In this document: one piece after another, positions 52,501-63,072 of the stretch
Layout: each line of letters opens with the position of its first letter
Position numbering within the stretch: position 1 is the first letter of the stretch
Assembly (NCBI GenBank): GCA_016186915.1
Contig: JACPKU010000004.1
Location: forward strand, 3,168 to 67,167
Origin: Candidatus Doudnabacteria bacterium
GTDB taxonomy: Bacteria > Patescibacteriota > Doudnabacteria > UBA920 > O2-02-FULL-48-8
Length of the DNA: 64,000 nucleotides
Direction of reading: 5' to 3'
Translations under genes and position numbers: made by a program
Notes under the pieces: model-generated
The model's database searches: none
Seen by the model: only the letters and a program-made list of their open reading frames with translations
Told to the model about the DNA's origin: nothing

Positions 52501-53404
52501 TCGAGTGGAAGAGCTGTTGGAAGCCAGAGAACCAAAAGGGCAAGCAGCGGTTGCCGAGATTGATGGGTTTGTTGTTTCTATCAAGTCAACCAATAAAGAA
52601 TCAACTGTCAGGATAGAAACCAAAGATATTGCCAAGGACGAATACCAACTTGATCTGCCTGCGGTCGGACCAAAATTAGAGCTGAAAGACGGTGAGAACG
52701 TTAAGCAAGGCGACCCTTTGTATACCACCAAGAGTGGAGAATTGGTAAAGGCAAAAGCCGCGGGAGTTGTGAAGATTGGTGATAATAAGTTGTCTGTGAT
52801 CAGAGAATCGGAGAATTTTAAAGAATATATAATTCCCGCAGGATTGGGCTTAACAATCAAAGAAGGCGACTTAGTAACTAAGGGTCAGCCGATCAGCGAA
52901 GGAAACCTAAATCTTCACCAGATCTTTGCCTTGAAAGGGATCGAGGCCTGTCAGGATTATATTATTTCAGACGTGCAGGAAATTTACGCGTCGCAAGGAC
53001 AGAATGTCAACGAAAAACACATTGAAATTATTGTGCGTCAAATGTTTTCCAAGGTCAGAGTAGTGGATCCAGGCAGCACTGAATTAGTGGCCGGGGATTT
53101 GATTGATAAAGCCAGATTGATTCAAGCCAACAAAAAAGTCGGCTCAAAAAGCAAACAGGCCCAGGTTGAGCAGTTGCTAATGGGGATCACTAAGACGTCT
53201 TTGAATACAGAGTCGTTCCTAGCTGCCGCTTCTTTTCAGGAAACCACCCGGGTTTTGATTGAAGCCGCGGTCACGGCCAAGACTGACTATTTGCGGGGAT
53301 TGAAAGAAAATGTGATTATTGGAAAACTCATTCCGGCAGGAACTGGCTTTCGGTCAGAAGCGCTTTTAGAAAAAGAAGCGGACGAGCTAAAAGATAACAT
53401 GTAG
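49538..53404 (+). CDS. rpoC: RNA polymerase beta' subunit
   Basis: NADFDGD, KPETINYRT, GEPGTQLTMRTFH. Confidence 0.99.
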   Translation: MLTQAEEFKAVRLKLASPQDILAWSYGEVTKPETINYRTQRPEKDGLFDEKIFGPIKDWECYCGKYKRIRYKGIVCDKCGVEVTKASVRRERMGHIKLAAPVAHIWFLRGVPSRLGLVLDLSVQELEKVVYFAAYIITQVDEEARANTLEQIEREFKSKKKEIEGRYTGLLNHAKSSQKQADKEDAEMLRVRDMWDKELEHLESIRDLARSELKSIKKYQIVSELEYRDLSLKYGPVFQASIGAAAIQQLVQEINLEELLNSLLEQGAASEGSVNERKLTRRVKLMKSMIKAGIRPDWMIIDNLPVIPPDLRPMVQLDGGRFAASDLNDLYRRVINRNNRLKKLLDIGAPEVITRNEKRMLQEAVDALIDNSIRHGKEVTASTGQKRKLRSLADMLKGKQGRFRQNLLGKRVDYSGRSVIVGGSSLKLHQCGLPKKMALELFKPFVISKLIIREFAHNVRSANRLIEQGKTEVYDILEEVTKDHYVLLNRAPTLHRLGFQAFLPVLIEGKAIQIHPLVCSAFNADFDGDQMAVHVSLTAAAQEEAKNIMLSSRNLLKPASGEPIMGPNQDMVLGCYWLTRIRPGEKGEGKIFSSPEEAILAYQSGIVSLKAKVKIRLGKGWGNAGITETCVGRVMFNQVLPNEMLFVNDLMDKKKLQQVVQDCYRDHGIDRTAVLLDDIKRIGFHYVTKSGVSWGMDDLTVPKIKEQLLKDADEAVLKTFEQFQQGLLTSQERSNRVIEIWAEVRDKITEGITTTLDEHGPVYQMVNSGARGSISQIAQMAGMKGLVTNPAGEVIELPARDSFKEGLNILEYFISTHGSRKGMTDTALRTADAGYLTRRLVDVAQDIVINDSDCGVAEGRVITRVSSEVLGRPLSRRVFGRVLAKDVKDAGGKVVAKAGSLVDDDLAEKIERSTASEVTVRTVLRCTLSRGICAKCYGYDLGFNKPVELGSAVGIVAAQAIGEPGTQLTMRTFHTGGVAGLDITQGLPRVEELLEAREPKGQAAVAEIDGFVVSIKSTNKESTVRIETKDIAKDEYQLDLPAVGPKLELKDGENVKQGDPLYTTKSGELVKAKAAGVVKIGDNKLSVIRESENFKEYIIPAGLGLTIKEGDLVTKGQPISEGNLNLHQIFALKGIEACQDYIISDVQEIYASQGQNVNEKHIEIIVRQMFSKVRVVDPGSTELVAGDLIDKARLIQANKKVGSKSKQAQVEQLLMGITKTSLNTESFLAAASFQETTRVLIEAAVTAKTDYLRGLKENVIIGKLIPAGTGFRSEALLEKEADELKDNM

Positions 53405-53619
53405 ATAAGTTGTGGCTCCCCGTCAATAGGTGTGGTTTGACTCTGATGCGGCGGATTGAGACTTTTTTAAAAAGCAGCTGCATGCATCATTACCTTCTCT
53501 CTTGTTCGTCTTGCTATCAGTTATCTACCACAACGTGTTTTGAGCGGCCGCGCATTTTACGTTAGGTGTTGAATGCTCAAAATTGAATTATTGGTTCTAT
53601 TAGATTCAGAATTTAAGAT

Positions 53620-54141
53620 ATGACCAATTATCTTAGAATTACTATATTAATAGTGATTGCGGGCTTGCTTCTATATTTCGTGCCCAAGACCACCAAGCCT
53701 ATTATAGAGGAAGTTGTGGATTTTGAAACCTGCGCGGACGCCGGCTATCCCATCGCAGAAAGTTTTCCGAGGCAATGCGTGACCCCGGCCGGCCGGACAT
53801 TTGTGGAAGAAACAGGGGTAGAACCAGAGGTGATCGTGGACACGCCGCAAATTGGCGAGCTGGTGACCAGTCCTTTCACGGTTGCAGGCCGAGCCAAAGG
53901 CTATTGGTTTTTTGAAGCGAATCTGCCTGTGACCTTGAAAGATCAAACTGGCAATATTTTAGTCAGGCAAGGGTTTATGACCCAGGACGATTGGATGACC
54001 GAAGACTATGTGGAATTTTCGGATGTGCTAATTTTTCCCACTCCTACCACGGAGTTTGGCGCGCTGATCATTGAAAAAGACAATCCATCGGGCTTGCCCG
54101 AATTCGACGCTTCCTTCGCCGTGCCCGTAAGGTTTAAATAA
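53620..54141 (+). CDS. Gmad2 immunoglobulin-like domain protein
   Basis: FETC..AGYPI.ESFPRQC, G.WFFEA, DWMTED, KDNPSGLPE. Confidence 0.85.
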   Translation: MTNYLRITILIVIAGLLLYFVPKTTKPIIEEVVDFETCADAGYPIAESFPRQCVTPAGRTFVEETGVEPEVIVDTPQIGELVTSPFTVAGRAKGYWFFEANLPVTLKDQTGNILVRQGFMTQDDWMTEDYVEFSDVLIFPTPTTEFGALIIEKDNPSGLPEFDASFAVPVRFK

Positions 54142-54143
54142 TT

Positions 54144-54179
54144 TTGACAACTACCATGCGATAGGTGGGTAGTTGTCAA
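54144..54179. repeat. REP-like hairpin repeat, copy 3
   Basis: TTGACAACTACCATGCGATAGGTGGGTAGTTGTCAA. Confidence 0.8.
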
Positions 54180-54322
54180 GGGGGAAAATCGGGGTGTTTT
54201 AAAAGAGGCTTACGGCTCTTTTTCTTTTTAGTGGAGCAGATTTGATCAGGCGCCTGCTCCGATTCGCCGTCTTCGGCGAGGCGGAAAAACCTGCTTTCGC
54301 TTTAGTTAGCCATAAATAAGGA

Positions 54323-56968
<2,646 letters not shown>

Positions 56969-56974
56969 CGGGAT

Positions 56975-57038
56975 CTTTCGATTTCGCTTCGCTTCACTCA
57001 GGGATCAAGCTATGTTGTTGCCTGAGCTTGTCGAAGGC
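56975..57038. repeat. composite TTCGA..CTCAG / CTGAGCTTGTCGAAG repeat in the valS leader; near-identical copy in frame in tsaD (57888-57942)
   Basis: Shared CTCAGGGATCAA......TGTTGCCTGAGCTTGTCGAAGGC. Confidence 0.8.
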
Positions 57039-57044
57039 TAAAAA

Positions 57045-57185
57045 ATATAAAAAGCACCATAGGTGCTTAGAGTCCAGTCTTTGACCGGACGGTACCATCT
57101 TAAGCTTTCACTTAATCAATTGCTTTAACGGGCAATCTCCGGTGAGTTCTACTAACTGCGAAGCAGTTACCCCGAGCTTAGTCGA
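57045..57185 (-). promoter_or_regulatory. T-box leader (transcription attenuator) of valS
   Basis: Minus strand AAGATGGTACCGT T-box sequence, GCCCGTTA stem-IIA/B-like element, terminator AAGCACC-TAT-GGTGCTT-TTT. Confidence 0.7.
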
Positions 57186-57189
57186 TCAA

Positions 57190-58299
57190 TCAGGCAAGAG
57201 CAAGGTTCGGGTCAGCGACGAATGTCTTAGTGGGTAGTTTGCTCCGACGCTTCGGTCGGAGTCTCGACCTGACAATTTCAGCGTCGGGATAGTGGGTAGT
57301 GAGTAGTTTGTAATGAGCAGCAAGACCAATCATTGCGGCATTGTCTGTGCAGTATTTAAGCGGGGGGATACTGACTGAGAGCTGATAGCTCTTAGCTAAT
57401 AGCTTATAGCGAGCACGCAGGAGGTCGTTGGCTGCAACACCACCGCCGAGCATAATAGTTTTGGGTTGGTATTTTTTAATCGCTTGTTCTGTTTTGGCAA
57501 TCAGGACATCCACGATGGCTTGCTGGACGGAGGCGGCTAAGTTAGCTTTTAGCTTCCCTCTCTGTCCATTCCCGCGAAAGCGGGAATCTAATTTTTGGAC
57601 CTCATATAAAACAGCGGTTTTGAGTCCGGAAAAACTGAAATTTAAATCATCAGAATTAATCATCGGACGAGGAAACTTAAAAGCATGAGGATTGCCGTTT
57701 TTTGCAAGCTTGCTTAAATGCGGCCCACCAGGATATGGTAGTCCCAACAGTCTTGCGGTTTTATCAAATGCCTCGCCTGCAGCATCATCTACGGTTTCGC
57801 CAATGATTTTGTATTGCCCGTGTCCTCGCATCAGTACTAACATAGTATGCCCGCCGGAGACAATCAAGATAATCGCGGGAAATTTGACCCTTCGACTACG
57901 CTCAGGGATCAAACTTTTATGTTGCCTGAGCTTGTCGAAGGCAACGTTGGCATAGATGTGCGCCTCGAGATGATTAATCGGTAAAACCGGTTTGTTCAAG
58001 GTTAAGCCTAAAGTTTTGGCAGTGTCTACGCCCACCATAAGAGACGTCATCAGCCCTGGCCCTTTTGTTACTGCGATATAGTCAATTTCCGCAAGTTTGG
58101 TTTTGGCTTTCTTGAGGGCCAGGTTAATGGTTGGGATGATAGAAAGGACGTGTTCTCTGGCTGCCACTTCCGGCACTACCCCGCCGTATTTCAGGTGGGT
58201 CTTGGCCTGCGAGGCCAAGATATTGGATTTGATTTGGCCGTTAACGATTATGGCTGCGCCAGTTTCATCACAACTGGTTTCAAGGGCGAGTATTGTCAT
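57190..58299 (-). CDS. tsaD: tRNA N6-adenosine threonylcarbamoyltransferase
   Basis: ETSCDET, GGVVPEVAAREH, NHLEAH, VSGGHT, DDAAGEAFDK, FSFSGLKTA, TDNAAMI. Confidence 0.97.
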   Translation of the reverse strand: MTILALETSCDETGAAIIVNGQIKSNILASQAKTHLKYGGVVPEVAAREHVLSIIPTINLALKKAKTKLAEIDYIAVTKGPGLMTSLMVGVDTAKTLGLTLNKPVLPINHLEAHIYANVAFDKLRQHKSLIPERSRRVKFPAIILIVSGGHTMLVLMRGHGQYKIIGETVDDAAGEAFDKTARLLGLPYPGGPHLSKLAKNGNPHAFKFPRPMINSDDLNFSFSGLKTAVLYEVQKLDSRFRGNGQRGKLKANLAASVQQAIVDVLIAKTEQAIKKYQPKTIMLGGGVAANDLLRARYKLLAKSYQLSVSIPPLKYCTDNAAMIGLAAHYKLLTTHYPDAEIVRSRLRPKRRSKLPTKTFVADPNLALA

Positions 58300-58327
58300 A
58301 ATCTAAAGTATAACTTTTTTTAGTCAA

Positions 58328-58357
58328 CAAAAAAAGCCTCGAACATCGAGGCCTTTT
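58328..58357. terminator. terminator hairpin
   Basis: AAAAAAGCCTCGA-ACA-TCGAGGCCTTTT. Confidence 0.65.
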
Positions 58358-58370
58358 AAGTGATCAGCTT

Positions 58371-60758
58371 TTAAAAACGAAAGACTGACGAAAAGAGCTC
58401 GTAAATAGATGGCATAGAAAGTTCAGTGTGCGCCCCTTGCACCTCTGACTGAAAAGTGCTGTCTGGCGGTGGCGGGGTAAAGTCTTGTGGGGGCGTGTAG
58501 TCTGGGGGAGGAGCGTAGTTTTCAGGAGATTCAAGTTGTCGTTGTTCATCAGGAGGGGGATAAGTTGGCGGCAGAGTATCATTTTGTTGCTTGGTAGATT
58601 CAAACCGACAATCTGATCCTGTCCAATAACCGCCGCTTTCAGCGCAACGGGCGGCAGGATCATAATTTTCTTGCGGGGGCGGGGCGGTTCGGGTTTGTTC
58701 TTCTGGGTTGTCTCTATTGGGCAATTCGCAATAGGAATCATGCCAGACGCCGCCTTTTTGTGAACAATAAACAGATGGGTCTGATTCCGGTTGATTTGGT
58801 TGTTCAAATGGCGGCGGTTCAAACTGTTCGAACGGGACTTGGCCGGGGAAGGGAAACCCGGGCTGCCCGGGAAAAGTTTGCGGTCGTTGTCCGGGTTCAG
58901 CGTGCCCAAAGTTAGCCTCAAACTCCTGTTTCATTTCCTCGAATTTTTGCCGGAAAAAAGTTTCTTTTTCACGCGCCAACTCTTCGTGCTTTCGAAATTC
59001 GGCTTCGAAATCAAACTTCAGTTTAGTTTCGAATTTTTCTTTGACAAAGCCCGGCACTTCTTGCTCAAATCTGGCTTTGATTTGAGCCACGGCTTCCGGT
59101 TGGCCCTGAAACTCTAAAAATTTCCGGAAGTTTGCCGCTTGGCGCTGTTCGATTTCATCAAACCTGGCGCCGAAGTCAAAATCCGGCGGCGGGAGGAACC
59201 CGGCTTCCACTTCTCCCCTGATCTTATCAAACACTTCCAGATCTGCGGGGTTGAAGGAGCCGAGGCGGTCAGTAAAGTGTGGGTCGTTTTTCATCCTATT
59301 CAGCATTTCTGCTTTGCCTTTGGTTTCCATCTCCTCAATAAAACCTTGCTGCTCGGGAGTCAGGCGACCCTTGAGCGAATCCAGGGTTTTGAATAAATTG
59401 GCGTCCGGCATAATCGCGCCGGTTTCCACTTTGTTCATCAGCGTCTGAAATTCTGCGGTGATCTGACGGGCGTTGGCATCGTCGCCGAAGCGGTTTAAGA
59501 ATTTTTGCACCTGCTGTTCGTGTTGTTGCGAGATTTGCGCTCTGATTTCCTCATGCGGCACCAACTCCTTAAATTCCCCAAGAATTTTCAGGTCTTCCAA
59601 ATCCGGGGACTCAAACTCGAACATCATTTTACTCACTGCCTTGCGGATCCCTTCTTCTCCCACTTGTTGGATTCGGCTACTCATGGTTTCCGCCAGTTTG
59701 GCCTTCATTTCTTGCATGCGGGCGATCATGACCGGCGGAATAGTGGGACGATTTTTCAATTGCTCCACCAGTTTAATCCGCGCCAGATCAGAACCAGGCA
59801 GTTGCTTGATATATTGCTCAAAACTTTGGAGCTTGATCTCGTCGTCCACTGGCAACGCTTCAAAATTTCGTTCCACGGAAGCGAGTGAGGCGTCTATGGC
59901 TTCATCGAAAGCTTGTTGTACCTCTGAAGGAGCCGTGGTCAACTGCTTTTTCGTTTGAGAAAGAAGTTCGGCGTTTTTAAAACCAGAGAACGGCGTTTTG
60001 GCTGATTGCTCGGAAATGGTTCGGAGAGTTTGAGCCACTTCTGCTCGGCCGTCCGAAGCGGCGACTAAGGTTTCTCCCGTAGCGCCTAAAACTTGATGTT
60101 TAACTTCTAATAATTTCGGGACCGCTTCCGGGTTGACGGTGAGCAGATTTTCTTGGAGACTGTCTAAAACTTTGGGAGTAACAAATATGTGATCCTCGGT
60201 AAGTTTTACGGACAACGCTCGAGCCAATTCTGGTTGAGAATTTTTCAGCTCCGGCATCCGGTTTTTGATCCCTTCCAAATCATCGCGGAATTCAGCTAAA
60301 ATCTCTACGACTTTTTCGCCGTGGGTAGCGGCATCTTCGGAATGAAGTTTGACTGCTTCGAATAACTCCTGATTGGCATGATCTTCCAACACCCTTGTGT
60401 AGGAGGCATCAGAAGCAAAAGTGTTGTAAGCTACTTCTTTTAGTCCTCGGCCAAATTGTTTGAAGCCATAGCCAATCTTGTTGATTAGCCCGTTGGGCAC
60501 GGTCGGATCAAAATCCGGCGGCAAATCCAACTCTTGTTTTAAATCTATGTCCAATTCCTGTGCCACTTCGACCGAGGCCGTTAATGCTTGTTCCACTTCC
60601 GTTTTCACTTCTTCTGATACCGTCGCTGCTTCCGAGGATTCTTCTTCTTGCGCATAGGCCAAGGGCACAGAAGCAGTTTGTAAAATTAAAGACAATGATA
60701 AAAACAGCCTTACGGCCTTGAAGGCAAAATTGCGCCCAAGCGAAAGAAACTTACTCAT
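58371..60758 (-). CDS. large secreted helical protein (DUF5667-like N-terminal region; Pro-rich tail with two CxxxGGxW..C motifs)
   Basis: Signal peptide ending AYA; Y.FK..G..LK..HA..L.EA pattern; PPPD repeats. Confidence 0.7.
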   Translation of the reverse strand: MSKFLSLGRNFAFKAVRLFLSLSLILQTASVPLAYAQEEESSEAATVSEEVKTEVEQALTASVEVAQELDIDLKQELDLPPDFDPTVPNGLINKIGYGFKQFGRGLKEVAYNTFASDASYTRVLEDHANQELFEAVKLHSEDAATHGEKVVEILAEFRDDLEGIKNRMPELKNSQPELARALSVKLTEDHIFVTPKVLDSLQENLLTVNPEAVPKLLEVKHQVLGATGETLVAASDGRAEVAQTLRTISEQSAKTPFSGFKNAELLSQTKKQLTTAPSEVQQAFDEAIDASLASVERNFEALPVDDEIKLQSFEQYIKQLPGSDLARIKLVEQLKNRPTIPPVMIARMQEMKAKLAETMSSRIQQVGEEGIRKAVSKMMFEFESPDLEDLKILGEFKELVPHEEIRAQISQQHEQQVQKFLNRFGDDANARQITAEFQTLMNKVETGAIMPDANLFKTLDSLKGRLTPEQQGFIEEMETKGKAEMLNRMKNDPHFTDRLGSFNPADLEVFDKIRGEVEAGFLPPPDFDFGARFDEIEQRQAANFRKFLEFQGQPEAVAQIKARFEQEVPGFVKEKFETKLKFDFEAEFRKHEELAREKETFFRQKFEEMKQEFEANFGHAEPGQRPQTFPGQPGFPFPGQVPFEQFEPPPFEQPNQPESDPSVYCSQKGGVWHDSYCELPNRDNPEEQTRTAPPPQENYDPAARCAESGGYWTGSDCRFESTKQQNDTLPPTYPPPDEQRQLESPENYAPPPDYTPPQDFTPPPPDSTFQSEVQGAHTELSMPSIYELFSSVFRF

Positions 60759-61044
60759 AATTTATTTTAATTTTTATTTTTGTTTCAGCTGCTATACGCA
60801 GCAAGGTTAAACTTACATATATTATATCATACTTTATGAAATTACGCAAATTAGCGACGGCCTGTCTTGGGTGAGGGTGGACAGGCGATACTCCTTCAAA
60901 AAATGGAGTATTGCTAATTGGTTCACTATTAACCTATAGTGCTATGACGTACCAATTCGCTGAACTTCTCAATCAAGCGGCATGGGCTGTAGTTTTATGT
61001 CTCTTGAACATGCAAGAGATTTTACGTATAATATCAAAGTTAAC

Positions 61045-61119
61045 GGCCTCATCGTCTAACGGTTAGGACGCCAGGTTTTCATCCTGGTAATCGGGGTTCG
61101 ATTCCCCGTGAGGCTGCCA
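61045..61119 (+). tRNA. tRNA-Glu(TTC)
   Basis: GGCCTCA...TGAGGCT-GCCA, CCAGG-TTTTCAT-CCTGG, GGTTCGA. Confidence 0.95.
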
Positions 61120-61234
61120 CAATACCATTCGGTATGTGGCTGGCGCCAGCTTTGGATTTTCAGAGTCGTCAGTCCACATACAATTAGAATAGTGCAATGA
61201 TCCGCACCGAATGGTGCTGGATCTGCCTAAAAAT

Positions 61235-61489
61235 ATGTTTTACTATGTTTACGTTTTGAGAAATGAATCAGGCCGACTGTATATTGGTTATACTGAAAAC
61301 GTTGAGCAAAGAATTACCGATCATAATACCGGCAAAGTATTTTCCACCAAACCATATATTCCTTACAAACTAATTTTCTATGAAGCTTATATTTCAATGA
61401 AAGACGCTAAGCGTCGCGAACAATATTTAAAAACAGCGAAAGGTAGAACAACTATTAAAACAATGTTGATTAATACACTGGCTAACTAG
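61235..61489 (+). CDS. small GIY-YIG nuclease
   Basis: YYVYVL...LYIGYT, R...HN.G, EAY...A.RRE..LK. Confidence 0.92.
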   Translation: MFYYVYVLRNESGRLYIGYTENVEQRITDHNTGKVFSTKPYIPYKLIFYEAYISMKDAKRREQYLKTAKGRTTIKTMLINTLAN

Positions 61490-61639
61490 TAACAAAGAAG
61501 AACTTCGAAAGAAGGTCTTTTTTGTTTTACCAACAGGATTTTGAAAACCGAAACGTGTTAAATAAGGCGTTTTAAACAAAAGAAAACGCCAGAACCTGAA
61601 TTGGTCCTGGCGGAGCAGTAGGTCTGCTCAGTCCGTTAT

Positions 61640-62716
61640 CTAGACTTCCCGGTCGTCGTCTAGGTTGTCCTCATCCTTCTCGTCATCAAAGTCCTCGTCG
61701 TCATCGAGGTCGCTGTCGTCTTCGTCTTCTTCCTCCGGCAAATCCTGTGGGCCGGGCAAGTTATTCTGATCGAGCGAGGCATCATAATAGAAGCATGCCT
61801 CGAACGCCTCCGTGTGTGTGAACGTCAGCTCCCAACCTTGGCAGAACACGAAACCGAAGCCGATCTCATGGTGTTGTCTCTGTGAAGGTTCCCGGAACAG
61901 GAAGAGTTGCGCCTTGTACTTAGAACCCTTCTTCTTGTCCTCGTCCTTGTAGACGCGCTTGCGCGGCATGGATCTGGCCGATTCCGGATTCTGCCTCCAG
62001 ATCGACCAAACCAGCGCCTCTACATCATCAGCGGAAATGAAGCGCTGAATGTCGTTCAACGAGGCGTTGGTATCCCAGAGTTCGTGAACGATCTCGCAGA
62101 GCTCGTCACGGTACGACGGCACCTCCGTTGATCCAATACGTGCTGCAAGCACGAGTTTTCGCAGTCGGCTCCAGTAATCGGTGGAGGCAACCGGAGCACA
62201 ACCGGCGTACACAGCCTGATCCAACGCGAGCGTCCTGTTCTTCCACTCGTGAATAAACCACGGAAAGCCCGCTGCCTTGTGAGCGGCGGCCATCCTGCGG
62301 ATCTCCTTGAGTGTTGGAAATGTCTTTCCATGAGCCTCGATCAGTCGCTCGACTTCCTCGTGCGTAATGGCCCTGCGCTGTCTGCGTGTCCAGCCTGGGC
62401 CACCTCTTGAGCTTCTTCTGGCGATTTCTTCCTGCTCGACCCTGGCCAGATCGTTGTCGTCGATGCCAAACGTGGCGCGTTCATCATTGCGGATCCAGAT
62501 CTTCGCCTTCACGTGGGCGAACCCGCAGTAGACGATTCTTCCGGAGAGCTCGAGCGTATTCGAACCACCTGGGGCATTGTTGACCGCCGTCACACGAAAT
62601 TCGTAGGTGGCACCAGTGGTGTCGGTGGTGGTAATCGTTACAAAATCATCCACGACCGCCTTTCGGATCACGTGCACAGGAGTGAGAATGCGGCAAGTAG
62701 TATAGCGCTCTTTCAT
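61640..62716 (-). CDS. GC-rich orphan hypothetical protein with an acidic C-terminal tail
   Basis: AAGGAGG SD, TTGACA-17-TAGGAT promoter (62869-62841), D/E-rich tail. Confidence 0.7.
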   Translation of the reverse strand: MKERYTTCRILTPVHVIRKAVVDDFVTITTTDTTGATYEFRVTAVNNAPGGSNTLELSGRIVYCGFAHVKAKIWIRNDERATFGIDDNDLARVEQEEIARRSSRGGPGWTRRQRRAITHEEVERLIEAHGKTFPTLKEIRRMAAAHKAAGFPWFIHEWKNRTLALDQAVYAGCAPVASTDYWSRLRKLVLAARIGSTEVPSYRDELCEIVHELWDTNASLNDIQRFISADDVEALVWSIWRQNPESARSMPRKRVYKDEDKKKGSKYKAQLFLFREPSQRQHHEIGFGFVFCQGWELTFTHTEAFEACFYYDASLDQNNLPGPQDLPEEEDEDDSDLDDDEDFDDEKDEDNLDDDREV

Positions 62717-62913
62717 GAGAAGCCTCCTTAGGCTTGTCTTGCTTTGCTCCACTCGCGAAAATGCGAATGGCAGATGCTTGTTCAGCAGCTGAAAAATAGC
62801 AACGTAATTGCCACTTTTCAATCGCTGATTATAACAATCAATCCTAATACAAAAAGGGCCCTTTGTCAAGGCTTTTTTGATCATGCTAAACTGGTAGTCG
62901 TACTAAGGATTTG

Positions 62914-62976
62914 TAAATATCCCTAACCATAGCCAAAAAGGTTTTCCACCTGTCTCGACTTGGCCTGCCAATTAGA
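62914..62976. repeat. ~63-bp direct repeat, copy 1
   Basis: TAAATATCCCTAACCATAGCCAAA..GTTTTCCACCTGTCTCGACTTGGCCTGCCAA.TTAGA, repeated at 63856-63919. Confidence 0.9.
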
Positions 62977-63072
62977 ATTTTGCAATCGGAATCGAAGGAC
63001 GCGAGATAGTGAGCGAAGCGAAAAGTGCAATTTAACAGCTTTCTTGGTATTATATTTATAGATCAAACTAAG

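Noticed and set aside
17920-54179. 36-bp palindromic repeats as a CRISPR array
   Set aside because: The copies are single and 12-24 kb apart, with no repeat-spacer periodicity and no cas genes in the window
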